In this document: positions 49,101 through 60,051 of the stretch, piece after piece
Position numbering within the stretch: the stretch's first letter is position 1
How the letters are laid out: every line of letters starts with the position of its first letter
Source: Tubulanus polymorphus
Lineage: Eukaryota; Animalia; Nemertea
Length of the DNA stretch: 64,000 nucleotides
Direction of reading: 5' to 3'
Assembly (NCBI RefSeq): GCF_964204645.1
Contig: NC_134025.1
Span: 20,807,101 to 20,871,100, forward strand
Program-made: the position numbers and the translations under genes
The notes under the pieces: model-generated
The model's input: the letters and a program-made list of their open reading frames with translations, nothing else
Told to the model about the DNA's origin: nothing
Database searches by the model: none

Positions 49101-52100
49101 TTTTTTTCCCATTTCATTCTAGCCATTGTTATTGTTCAAACAATGTACAACCGCTTTGCTAAACGATAGATTATCAAATACGCCTACGTAGCCGTGTTAA
49201 AAATAACCACCATAGAAACGGTACCATAGGTCACGGAGCAAAGTATTCACTGCACCATGGTAATACTTATCTGATTCGGGCCAAGACTCACACAGAACCC
49301 CTTAACGATAATGCATAGGCCTACTTGGTATCAATGTACATAAACATTGTGGCTCAAGTCCATCCTAGCATTAAAACGTTCCAGCACTAATCACATCGGG
49401 CTGGTATTTGAAATTAATCTCCCAATATTGGACTTATCAAATCTTAAGTAGTTCTGGTGGGTTTTCTGGGCAATCACTAGAGTAAAATGAATGCGCGAAT
49501 CTCCTTTTTTATAATGTATCTTTTAGAGGGACAATTCCACGCCCTGGACTTAAACCAACTTTGTTGTAACAGTTTTACGGCGTCAAAACCTACTGAATGC
49601 TCTGTAATCTTGATTCGGATTAACCGGGTAACAACACCTTGAAATCCGGATAAACGGATACGGCGGATTAAGCGGGTATGACTGTAATTCAAAACACTGG
49701 TAATATGGTGCACGATGAATTCCATGCAATCGTTTTTCTGTTAGTGGACAATGTATCGACGTGATCTTCATCAGATCAATCGAAATTATCAGAAACAATT
49801 TCTGAAACTATCTAGCCTAACATAGTCCAAACAGTCCAATCACACGAACGCTAACTAAATTAATTTAGTCAATTCGGCTCCAAGTATAAAATATTGAAAA
49901 GTAGTCGAATGGTCTTTTTACCTGACGTATCATACGCACAATGCTGATCAAAGATCTGCGAATCTTAACATTGCCGACAATCCGACATACCGGCACTCCC
50001 GACATACCGGCAATCCGACATACCGGCACTCCCGACATACCGGCACTCCCGTCGGTTCCTAATAATCCCCCTGTAGAGAGATGCTGGGATCACGGGGCGT
50101 TCGGTTCCTAATAATCCCCTGTAGAGAAATACCAGGATTGTGGGGCGTTTGGTTCCTAATATTCCCCTTACAGAGTTGCTAGGATCGTGGGGTGTTTGGT
50201 TCCTAATATTCCCCTGTGCAGAGGTGCTGGGATCGTGAAGCGTTTGATTCCTAATATTCCCCTGTGCAGAGGTGCTGGGATCGTGAAGCGTTTGATTCCT
50301 AATATTCCCCTGTACAGAGGTGCTGGGATCGTGGGGTGTTTGGTTCCTAATATTCCCCTATAGAGAGGTGCTGGGATCGTGGTATGTGGAATTGTCGGGT
50401 ACGTCGGATTGCCGGTATGTCGGGTTTGTCCGTATAATGTCGGGAGTGTCGGAATGTCGGGATTGCCGATGTTATAATTCAAATACAGAATTATGAACCG
50501 AATCACTCATTCATTTTATCTTAAGCTTCCGCATGATCCGTTAATTCTATAACTATCTCTAATCTAGAGAAAATCCTTTTTCAATCATCGAAAACTTGAA
50601 TACTGCCTTAGATATCCTACTATTGATTACAATTTTCAAACCGTTCATACGTACTTAATGAAGCCGATTGGCTTCCTTGAGATCTCGCCGTAAAAATATC
50701 TGATAAATCCTGTTGACATTTTACGGAACAATTACTATATTGATATGTCGCAAAAACGGCCGTTTCAAACGCCATTCTTCAGTCTAGTTGATATAGTAGC
50801 GCCCGATACCATCAGTAGAACACTCAGAGCGGGTACTGAAACGAACTTGGCGCAGCGCGAAATGCGCTCGTGCTAGCTACGCGAGCACATTTTGCGCTGT
50901 GCTATAAGTTCTTGCGCATTTATTTCGGTGCGATAAACAGCGCTCTGGGACCAGTTCTACAACCAAGTTGACCTCGAGCTAGCCTACATTGAAAGACGAA
51001 GAAGGGTTCTCAGCTCACAATTCAACTCCTCTCGCCTGTTTCCATTGCGAATCAATGTTCGATCATATTTTGAAAATAACTGTTTAGACCACGTGCCACC
51101 AATATATAAGTACGGTAATATAGACTGGTCCATGGGTCCCAAAAATCGACTTTTCGCTTGAGTGGAAAGACATATTCGTGAATTTTTATTTGAAGGTAGC
51201 CCTTGATCTCAATTACCGGGATCCAATTATCATTGGTCAAAATTTTGCAGGCGTGACCTTGAAAATCGTATTACTTATTCCATTTTTCTCGGCTGTAACA
51301 ATCGAACACTACAGTTTAATAAAGACACGTCACTTTTAGGAAGGCGCCTCAAAAAATTTGGTAGTCTTGCGTCATTGGCTGTAACTTTTTTTTTCATTTT
51401 TTGAGATACAATTAAGGATTTTTGACTAAAGATATAGTTTTATCTGGGGATTTTGTTGATACTGCATTCGTAAAAATATATTCATAGAAACACGCGTTGA
51501 GTCAAGCGCAAAGCGCGCGCGAGTGGTTGACCGTCGATTTTCTGCAAACGCAGGCAGATTTACGGCTATTTTCATGGAAATTTTCAAAATTTTAAAGATT
51601 TATTGGATTAGATTCATCCGAAAACCGAAGTTCGCCCTGAATAACTGAAGGTAGATACAGGGAACCAGTCTATCTGACTATTTAACCCGTATTACTTTCT
51701 GCTCCAAAAGATTGGTTCCCGTACTGCATTTTGGTAACCGTTGTATGTATGGACTAGACGATAGTGATATGGTCTTTCGATTATAACTCGTGTCAATTCC
51801 ATTGGAATAATCCTCTTTTGAAATTCGCATACGATTAAACATTTAGATTCCATAGATATCTTTTATTTTCAATCTCAAACTAATCGTCGTACCAGATATG
51901 CCAGGGGCGTCGGAACGGGGGGTGGCAGGGGCGGCCACAGTCGTCTCACTTAGTTGCTGAACTAAACATTTTTTTTTCATGTTCTTTCCCCTCGTAATGA
52001 ATATCATGATTTTCATTGCCAGATTCACTCAGAATCAATCTCAGAGCTTAGGAAAATCCAAGAAAAAAATGGGGGAGGGCCCCTAGACCGTTTTGAAATA

Positions 52101-52794
52101 CAGCTGCGCGGCAATCACATACTTAATTATCAGATCATCAATATAAACAATAGGCGCGCCACTGAAATTGTCCTTCCGACTGCCCTGATTATCCATTTTA
52201 CAAGTACAGAATGAGCCGGGGATACCGAATAATCTACAGCTATTTTTTCTATTTTTTGACTTTGTATGAGTTACAAAATAAAACTTGAAGAGCAAGCAAT
52301 GAGTGTTTTGAAGCAAAGAAATGACTGTATATCTAGAAGCATCTAAACTACGCATTCAGTAATTTTATAGTAATACATGTCATCAAGTGTAAATAAAAAT
52401 ATCATGTCCAATGATGATAAAATCTCTTGTTCACTTGATTCTGCATATTTTCTTCTGGCATTTTTACCTATGGTGTACCTGTGGTATTTTACCTCTATTC
52501 GAACATGTAATACAGATGGAGTCCGTCATTTTAGAATACACGTGTCCCGCCAATGACTCGATTTAAACAGCAATGACAGCGTAACCCAGTTCAACGGTTC
52601 TCGGTTAGAATTTTACTCTTGAGTTAAAAGGAAAATGAACTAAACTCAGCGCTTGAGTAAAACGGAAAACGGAAAAGTTAGGGTCTGGGTCCAGACCCAC
52701 TACTCTTGACTAAATAACCTTGGAGATGAGGGGCAACAAGAAGCCACCAAATGATTAATACACACCTCGATGAGTCGATACATATTCGAGACAT
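40164..52794 (-). CDS. NRF-6 (nose resistant to fluoxetine 6)/OACYL-like acyltransferase-3 family protein. Exons: 52794-52719 (signal peptide, tentative), 49476-~49270 (disrupted), 48391-48270, 47700-47622, 46782-46686, 46387-46236, 44908-44741, 44441-44348, 44025-43927, 43352-43184, 42987-42908, 42615-42505, 41838-41721, 41298-41100, 40920-40778, 40358-40164
   Basis: NRF-domain motifs ASWGKP...GN.WFGDFDKC and AVCLPGTCS; acyltransferase motifs LNGIRFFSMCWIILGHT, VESFFYLSG, FYIHRIWRLTPAY, CVGWTWFMANDMQYY, FLSW..F..FSKLTYSAYLLHP, SLTFESP. GT-AG introns; may be a recent pseudogene (see findings). Confidence 0.88.
41359..41622. mobile_element. Intronic MITE (CTCAGGTCGAC...GTCGACCTGAG)
   Basis: 11-bp perfect TIR extending imperfectly inward; GATC-rich interior. 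Confidence 0.7.
42093..42231. mobile_element. Palindromic MITE with AGGGGCTCGTAT termini
   Basis: Near-perfect foldback; shares only its terminal 12 bp with the 9688/35768 family. Confidence 0.75.
45717..46016. mobile_element. hAT-like MITE (CAGGGGCGGATCC...GGATCCGCCCTG)
   Basis: TIRs visible; no clear TSD. Confidence 0.65.
47097..47392. mobile_element. hAT-like MITE (CAGGGCCGTCGGAA...TTCCGACGGCCTTG); inverted second copy at 51902-52187
   Basis: TIRs plus a shared internal segment CTGAGATTGATTCTG..AGTGAATCTGGC.ATGAAAATCATGATAT in opposite orientation. Confidence 0.8.
49329..50226 (+). repeat. ~898-bp local duplication, source copy (duplicate at 54258-55155)
   Basis: Co-linear and near-identical at a constant offset of 4929 bp, with only scattered substitutions. 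Confidence 0.95.
49966..50474. mobile_element. Foldback element with CCGACATACCGGCA subterminal repeats and an internal array of seven ~48-bp tandem repeats
   Basis: TAACAT...ATGTTA ends; inverted CCGAC/GTCGG arrays; TTCCTAAT recurs at about 50056, 50105, 50153, 50200, 50248, 50296 and 50344. Confidence 0.8.
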
Positions 52795-53855
52795 ATTTTG
52801 CCATGTCTAATCGTGGAAAAAGGATAACCCCGATACCAACTTCACAACACACGTGAAAAAGGTAACGCAGAACTCATTTTCTTTTAGTACATAATGCGCA
52901 TTCATTAGCCGCGATCACACGGACACGATTTGGCTCGGGCCAGATTGGCACGTATCGAGGCAAATTTGGCCCGTGCCTGAGGGCGCGTTCATCAGACGCA
53001 CACCACTCACTCGAAATTAAGCAATGTTTAATCAAAGCGAAGTGAGTTATTTCCGGAAACGTTGCAATTCAAATGATCTGTCTCGTGCTAAAACTTGGCA
53101 CCCGTGTGAACAGTTGGGCAAAATTCGGTAGATACCAAAAACGCTCGTGTGATCGCGACTATTATATCGGCCAAAACTCCAACGGCAGTTATATCGATGT
53201 TGTGTTGTTGCAATTGCAGGAACCAGAATATCCCGACGAGGCGGCGGCTGATGGCGAAAACTGATAAATCACAACTGCATACCTAGCGATCGTGCTGAAT
53301 AACTAGAAAAAGATAAAACAATGCTTTTGAATAAATCATTGTTGATACTGAACGCTGTGCATTAATTATTTCAATATATCGTTTTAACTATAAATTTTGA
53401 GACTGATCATGATTTGTTTCAAGTAACTTTAAGTGTACTTCGCATGATAAGGACCAGGCTCTAGCCACATACGTTTCACAAAACTCGAAGTCTGTTTCAA
53501 ATAGCGAAATTCGTCTAGAGAGCTTGTCATAGATAATCATAGATACCGTAATCAAAAGGCCTTTGTCGACAACCTGAGCCGACGTCAAACGGTTGAGGAA
53601 TACGTGAAGCTGCGTCGTGCAAATAAATAAAAATACCCCATGAACATAACACCATTTTTGACAGTCTGGTCTATAGGTTTTATTCTAAGGCAAAACTTGA
53701 TACCTTGTTTCTCCTATCGGCCGCTCACTATTAATATTGTAAACTGTACTAAAATTCGTAATCAGTTTATTTCTGGGTCCATAAGCTTGATCACGACTTT
53801 TTTTCGAACTACGGTTACCGCATCGACGAAGGAAGTTCGTAAAATGGCATCGGGG

Positions 53856-56455
53856 TATGGTGGCTGATAAGGGCCATGAAAATATAATCTGACATAAAAA
53901 TAATTTCGTCATGAAAAATAAATTTCCATCGAAAAATATTTCGTGAGTGAAAATAAATCCGCTATGCAAAATAAATTTCCAACATAATATGTTCGTAAGC
54001 GAAAATAATTTTCTCATGAAAATAATCGCCTTCAAAATATACGCTGAGCAAAAATAGTTCTGCTATGAAAAATAAATCGCCGTCCTTCAAAATATATTCC
54101 GATAGTAAAATATTTTTGCAGTGTAAGAAATAATTGTGGGTTTTTCCGCTAGTGCGCGCGTGCGCGCGCGCGCTTGTCGATTGAACTGTCTCACCTGATC
54201 TTATTTCATCCATGCTACTAGCCCTAAGTATAGTATCTCTGCGTGCATGAACTACACTATCAATGTACATAAACATTGTGGCTCAAGTCCATCATAGCAT
54301 TAAAACGTTCCAGCACTAATCATATCGGGCTGGTATTTGAAATTAATCTCCCAATATTGGACTTATCAAATCTTAAGTAGTTCTGGTGGGTTTTCTGGGC
54401 AATCACTAGAGTAAAATGAATGCGCGAAACTCTTTTTTTATAATGTATCTTTTAGAGGGACAATTCCACGCCCTGGACTTAAACCAACTTTGTTGTAACA
54501 GTTTTACGGCGTCAAAACCTACTGAATGCTCTGTAATCTTGATTCGGATTAACCGGGTAACAACACCTTGAAATCCGGATAAACGGATACGGCGGATTAA
54601 GCGGGTATGACTGTAATTCAAAACACTGGTAATATGGTGCACGAGGAATTCCATGCAATCGTTTTTCTGTTAGTGGACAATGTATCGACGTGATCTTCAT
54701 CAGATCAATCGAAATTATCAGAAACAATTTCTGAAACTATCTAGCCTAACATAGTCCAAACAGTCCAATCACACGAACGCTAACTAAATTAATTTAGTCA
54801 ATTCGGCTCCAAGTATAAAATATGGAAAAGTAGTCAAATGGCCTTTTTACCTGACGTATCATACGCACAATGCTGATCAAAGATCTGCGAATCTTAACAT
54901 TGCCGACAATCCGACATACCGGCACTCCCGACATACCGGCAATCCGACATACCGGCACTCCCGACATACCGGCACTCCCGTCGGTTCCTAATAATCCCCC
55001 TGTAGAGAGATGCTGGGATCACGGGGCGTTCGGTTCCTAATAATCCCCTGTAGAGAAATACCAGGATTGTGGGGCGTTTGGTTCCTAATATTCCCCTTAC
55101 AGAGTTGCTAGGATCGTGGGGTGTTTGGTTCCTAATATACCCCTGTGCAGAGGTGAATCGACAAAATAATCGCCTTCAAAATATACGCTGAGCAAAAATA
55201 GTTCTGCTATGAAAAATAAATCGCCGTCCTTCAAAATATATTCCGATACTAAAATATTTTTGCAGTGTAAGAAATAATTGTGGGTTTTTCCGCTAGTGCG
55301 CGCGTGCGCGCGCGCGCTTGTCGATTGAACTGTCTCACCTGATCTTATTTCATCCATGCTACTAGCCCTAAGTATAGTATCTCTGCGTGCATGAACTACA
55401 CAGGGCATATCGCACGGCTCTCATGTAAAATCAGAGTACTTGGGTAGAGCATTGGTTTTGATCCGAAAATGTCGTGACGAATCCTTGTGACCTAACGTTA
55501 GGAAGGATGGGATGGTGGTGCCGTCATCGGGTCCATGTGAACAAAAATTAGGGCCAAAAATTTGTACAGTCAAAATCAAATCAAATTAGGGCTCTTGATT
55601 TTGATTCCTCCGGTCCATCTAGAAATAACCATTTTTGGTCAATGTAATGGACTCCTCATATCAACAAAAAGGGCAAAAATAACGGATACAAGTTGCTGTA
55701 GCCGTAGGATCGAAAACTAAGACATCTTTTACTTGATGTCCCGTTCAACACACTACATACACACTACACACTTGACGGTACAAACACTGCTGCGTGAAAA
55801 CGGGAAAAACCCGAAATTATTTTTACAGCAAAGATATTTTTAGACATAGGAAAATATTTCTGATGGAAATATTTTTACTCACGAAAAATATTTTGAAGGC
55901 GATTTATTTTTCACACCGAAATTATTTTCACTCGCGAATATTTTTCGATGGAAATTTATTTTTCATGACGAAATTATTTTCACTCACGAAATATTTTTCA
56001 CTCACAAAATATTTTTCGATGGAAAATTATTTTTCATGACAAAATTATTTTTTGTCTGGAAATATTTTGATGGCCCTTATCAGCCACCTACGGAAGCCCC
56101 TAGGTGACATAAGAGATAATTTTTTTCATAATTTCGACATAATAAGTCAAATTTCGATTTAATAAGTCGAATTTCGAGATAATAAGTCGAATTTCGTGTT
56201 AATTAAGTCGAATTTCGACTTAATAAGTCGAAATTCGACATGAAAATAAAACTCGAAATTCGACATGAAAATAAAACTCGAAATTCGACTTAATTAACAC
56301 GAAATTCGACTCATTATCTCGAAATTCGACTTATTATGTCGAAATTCGACTTATTAAGTCGAAATTCGACTTATTATGTCGAAATTCGACTTAATAAGTC
56401 GAAATTGTGAAAAAGTTTTCTCGTATGTCACCTAGGGGCTTCCGTAGCCACCATA
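53856..56455. mobile_element. Non-autonomous IS3EU-like DNA transposon, composite
   Basis: TIR TATGGTGGCTGATAAGGGCCAT...ATGGCCCTTATCAGCCACCATA (right TIR split by a nested element); 6-bp TSD TCGGGG at 53850-53855 and 56456-56461. TAY..RTA ends with a 6-bp TSD fit IS3EU. Confidence 0.8.
56089..56446. mobile_element. IS3EU-like MITE nested in the right TIR of the outer element, with internal ~21-bp palindromic tandem repeats (GTCGAAATTCGACTTATTAT-like)
   Basis: Perfect TIR TACGGAAGCCCCTAGGTGACAT; 6-bp TSD GCCACC at 56083-56088 and 56447-56452. Confidence 0.88.
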
Positions 56456-57544
56456 TCGGGGAGAACAAAACATAAATATATGGTATGGATTTACTGAAAA
56501 TTAATTTACTCATATGACAAATATTCGTTTTTAATCGAAATGTAGAAGGAAATTGAAACGCGGTAACCCAGTGCTCCTAGCGATCCTGGCGGATTATCGT
56601 TGAATCCTCGCTTGCCACTGTAGCGTTGCTGATACGCGATATCCCACCGTGTGAATCAAACGTTCAAAACATTGAGAATTATTGCTATGCCCTGTTAGGC
56701 CTATAGTACCTGCACGCGCGTTGTTGCCGATGATAGCGAACCGGCCACCACTTCAAAAGTTATGCAGACAATATTAGAAATAATTGTTATCTGATATATG
56801 CAAAAAACTTTTAAAGATACGTAGATATTTAGCATCGAATATTGTGCCGAAAATTCCAGAATTCAGGATTTATACATTTCATCGTTTTTCTAATAGCGCA
56901 TCTTCAGTGTATGAACTAATTAAGTTGATTAACAGCTCAGCTGCGCGTGTCAATTTGTTGATGATGTCAGATATAAGCAATAACCTTCACAATGTGTGCG
57001 CAATGCAAACGGACAAAATAAAGAAAAAAATTCGACCAATGATCAGTCTTGTTTTAAATAACTCCTAAAATGGAATAATCAATTTTGACTAGTTACAAAG
57101 TACTTCGTACGAGATATCACGGTCGATAAAACACAGTGAGATGAGAATGTAGAGAGAATCCTACAATAATAATGCTGCCCTTTTCTGACAAAAGGGTGTA
57201 TGCTCCTTGTGTACTGTTTTGAGAAATTTGGCGTGAAAGATTTTTCGTTAAAAACCATTGCCCCTCCAAACTAGAAAATCACAGAACATAAAGAATTATA
57301 CCTCATAGTGTTTAAGTATCCCCCTACCTATATATGAAGTTATTACCATAATTTATACAGGATTCTGGGAGATTTTTTATATACTTCTTTATGTCAGAAA
57401 ATATCGTTTAAATATCTGGCATATTTAACAAAGTACGTCAACTTACTTCCTTCTGTCGTATAATCGATCATAAAAACACTTTTTACAGGGCCATTTTCTT
57501 TAACAAAAGGAAGTTAACGGATGCATCAGACTAAAAATGAAAAA

Positions 57545-57647
57545 AAAACAGTCCTAAAATGTAACTGGTATTCCTGAAGATGACTGTTAGGATATAGCCG
57601 AAACGTTAAATAAACTTCTAGCTCCAGTTACATTATCGGACTGTTTT
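57545..57647 (+). ncRNA. Penelope-type minimal hammerhead ribozyme motif within an inverted repeat (degenerate)
   Basis: TATTC-CTGAAGA-T-stem II (GACTGT..ATAGCC)-GAAA-CGTT-AAATA; outer arms AACAGTCC..AATGTAACTGG and CCAGTTACATT..GGACTGTT. Confidence 0.6.
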
Positions 57648-58194
57648 TCCATTATCATTGTCGGATTATCTATACAATGATGACATATATTTCTCAGCCA
57701 TTCATTTTTTCTTCGTAATGTCCTTTTCTGTTATTAACTAATCAGACTTTTGCTTCTTCGAACCGCAGGACTTTTAACTCCTCTTGTCTAAAAAGTAATG
57801 AATATAGGCGGCCGGGTTTACGTTTAAGCTCAGCAGATATGAGGAACAATGTATCAATTTTTCAGCCAAAATTTACAAGATAGATTTCGTTAGCTGTTCA
57901 GATCAAATAACGCGTAGGAGTTACTTCTTTACCTCGTGTATTTTTTGTTGTGGAATTTTTGCGATATCAACACGATATACTAGTTCCTGAATGGCATGCG
58001 CCCGTATAGAGAAACATATATATGGAACGGGTAACAGGAAATTACAGAAGTACGTTTTAAATGAGCGTTGCCATGAAAGAGACAGTTTGCAGCCAATTTG
58101 AATGATATAATCATACTCAATTAGTTAGATAGTAAAGAAATTAGGTCAATAAAGAATTTACAGAAAAAAAAAGAAATGAGCCGACTACGTGACT

Positions 58195-58326
58195 GGCACC
58201 TTGGCGCAGTGTAGTAGCTTGTGTGCCTCCATGACCCTGTGAGCTATGCGGGTGGTAGGTATATCTCCCGGCAGGTTCAATCATACCAGACAAGTCTAGA
58301 GATAGAGTCCAGCCAAACATCAGTCG
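58195..58326 (+). mobile_element. Degenerate fragment resembling the 5' UTR of RTE-clade LINEs
   Basis: GGCACCTTGGCGCAG...GCTTGTGTGCCTCCATGACCCTGTGAGCTATGC...CAGACAAGTC...GAGTCCAGCCAAAC resembles the RTE/BovB leader as recalled; not database-checked. Confidence 0.5.
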
Positions 58327-59149
58327 TTTTCAAATTTCGTTGATTGTTCAAAGAAGAAACTTTCTATTTGGCGTTGCCACGGTGGTCATTTTTCTCCTAC
58401 ATGTATTTCGTATTTCTCAACCTACAGCTACACAGTGATGACCTTGTCTTATTGTCATTAAGTTGTAATTGTTGTCCAAGGATAAATGACATTCATGATA
58501 TAAATGTTGACTAAGCGGGTACCCGAGAACATATGGCTACTGGATACCGTAAAAAGATTGAGGTATACGTAAACATCAAACTTCCGATTTCAAAATCAAA
58601 CCCCCTGTTTCGGACCCGGCAGGTATGGTGGGTTTGTAAGGGACACAAAAAAAAACCAAACGAAATCTATCAATCAAATAAATAACAGGGCCAAACCCCA
58701 TTTTGAGGCAATAAAAAAAACATCCAGGTTTAGCCACTCGAAATTTATTCGTAGTTTCTATCCAATTCTTAAAACCGCGTGCGTCATTTTACAATGTGTC
58801 TAATAGAACGATGTTCAAATTGTGTAGTATATATTGTGTGCTGTTCCAGATTAACGGACTGTTAAGTGCTGCTACCGTCTTTATAAATGTATGAATGTGT
58901 ATGCAATTCGTCAAATTAAGTTTACTCACTGACGACAAAAAAATGCACGCCCGATGATAGATATGATTTATCACTCTTCCGTTAAAAATTACATTCCGGT
59001 CACCCACTTCATGAACAAACGTTTTACAGTCGTTATTTTAACTCTCTGTGCCGACGAAGGTCGTTAAGGGCCGACTCCATTGTCGATCCGGACGCATCCG
59101 CGTGTCTCCAATTTCACTCTTTTATCGCTCACATGATCATACGGAGGTA

Positions 59150-59340
59150 TCCGGACTCTCCGTTAGTCGAACTAAACGAAACCGAATGTCCGTTAGTCGG
59201 AACTATGGTCCGGAAATGGTCGACCCCGGGATTAAGCACGGTCGTTGTAGTTCCGACCCGTTTCCAAGATGGCCGATACTTTGAAATACGTTACGACCGA
59301 ACTATAGCGCATTCGGTTTTTAGTTCCGACAACTATTCGC
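59150..59340. repeat. Imperfect palindromic repeat with GTCGGAACTA/TAGTTCCGAC modules (MITE-like)
   Basis: Repeated and inverted TAGTCGGAACTA and AACCGAATG/CATTCGGTT motifs. Confidence 0.6.
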
Positions 59341-60051
59341 CTAGCTACGAAAACCGAAATTTGCCCTGGCGAGTTGGTTTAGTTGCGGAGTGGAGCCGTG
59401 CAGTTAAGAAGAAACACGTTCAGGCCACGTTAAGAGGCAACCAGTCTAGGCTCAGCAACCATGAGTGATTAAGTATTAAGTGACAATACAGTCGTTCTCC
59501 GATTGTACTCATTTTCACCGAAATCACCGGATCACCCGGTTATCAATCAATCGGGACGTGATAATAGAGTCGGCCGATGCGAATGCCACCGATGCGGTGT
59601 AAGATTATTAGAAATTCAATCTATAAGTGTCCAATCCCATATAATATATTTGGCGCTGGTATCTCTAGATAGAAATCGAAATCCTCATGTTAATGGTTAT
59701 TGTATCCAAAAGAAAAATAAAAGCCGCCCGTCTGCATCTCCCTAAAATGCATGACAATGTTTTTTTTTTAAATTAATTTAATTATAATTTTTTAATAGAA
59801 AATGTGATAAAGATATAATTCGCCCGCCGTCGTCTTATTGTGAAAACTGTTTCGGATGAGAAACTAGGGTTCGAATTCGAGTAGTTTTATGAAGGCATCG
59901 TCAATTCAGAAACCAGATAGCTATAGAGTGTCTCGACGTTTCCACACGAACAAGGAAAAAGATGAAATAATAAAAATCAAATTTTGGGGATGGGATTAGA
60001 AAAATTGTTATTCTCTAATAATCTGATATTAATTGTAAGAATCCGAATTAC

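Noticed and set aside
49391-49393. In-frame TGA as selenocysteine (also 60961-60963)
   Set aside because: No SECIS recognised, the families are not known selenoproteins, and additional lesions or a simple GGA-to-TGA change explain the stops.
56140-56405. Palindromic ~21-bp tandem repeats resembling a CRISPR array
   Set aside because: No unique spacers, eukaryotic context, no cas genes, and the array lies inside a TIR/TSD-bounded MITE.
56709-56790. AG/GT-bounded segment reading ITIISNIVCITFEVVAGSLSSATTRVQ, perhaps part of a second decayed receptor
   Set aside because: No supporting neighbouring exons or recognisable motif.
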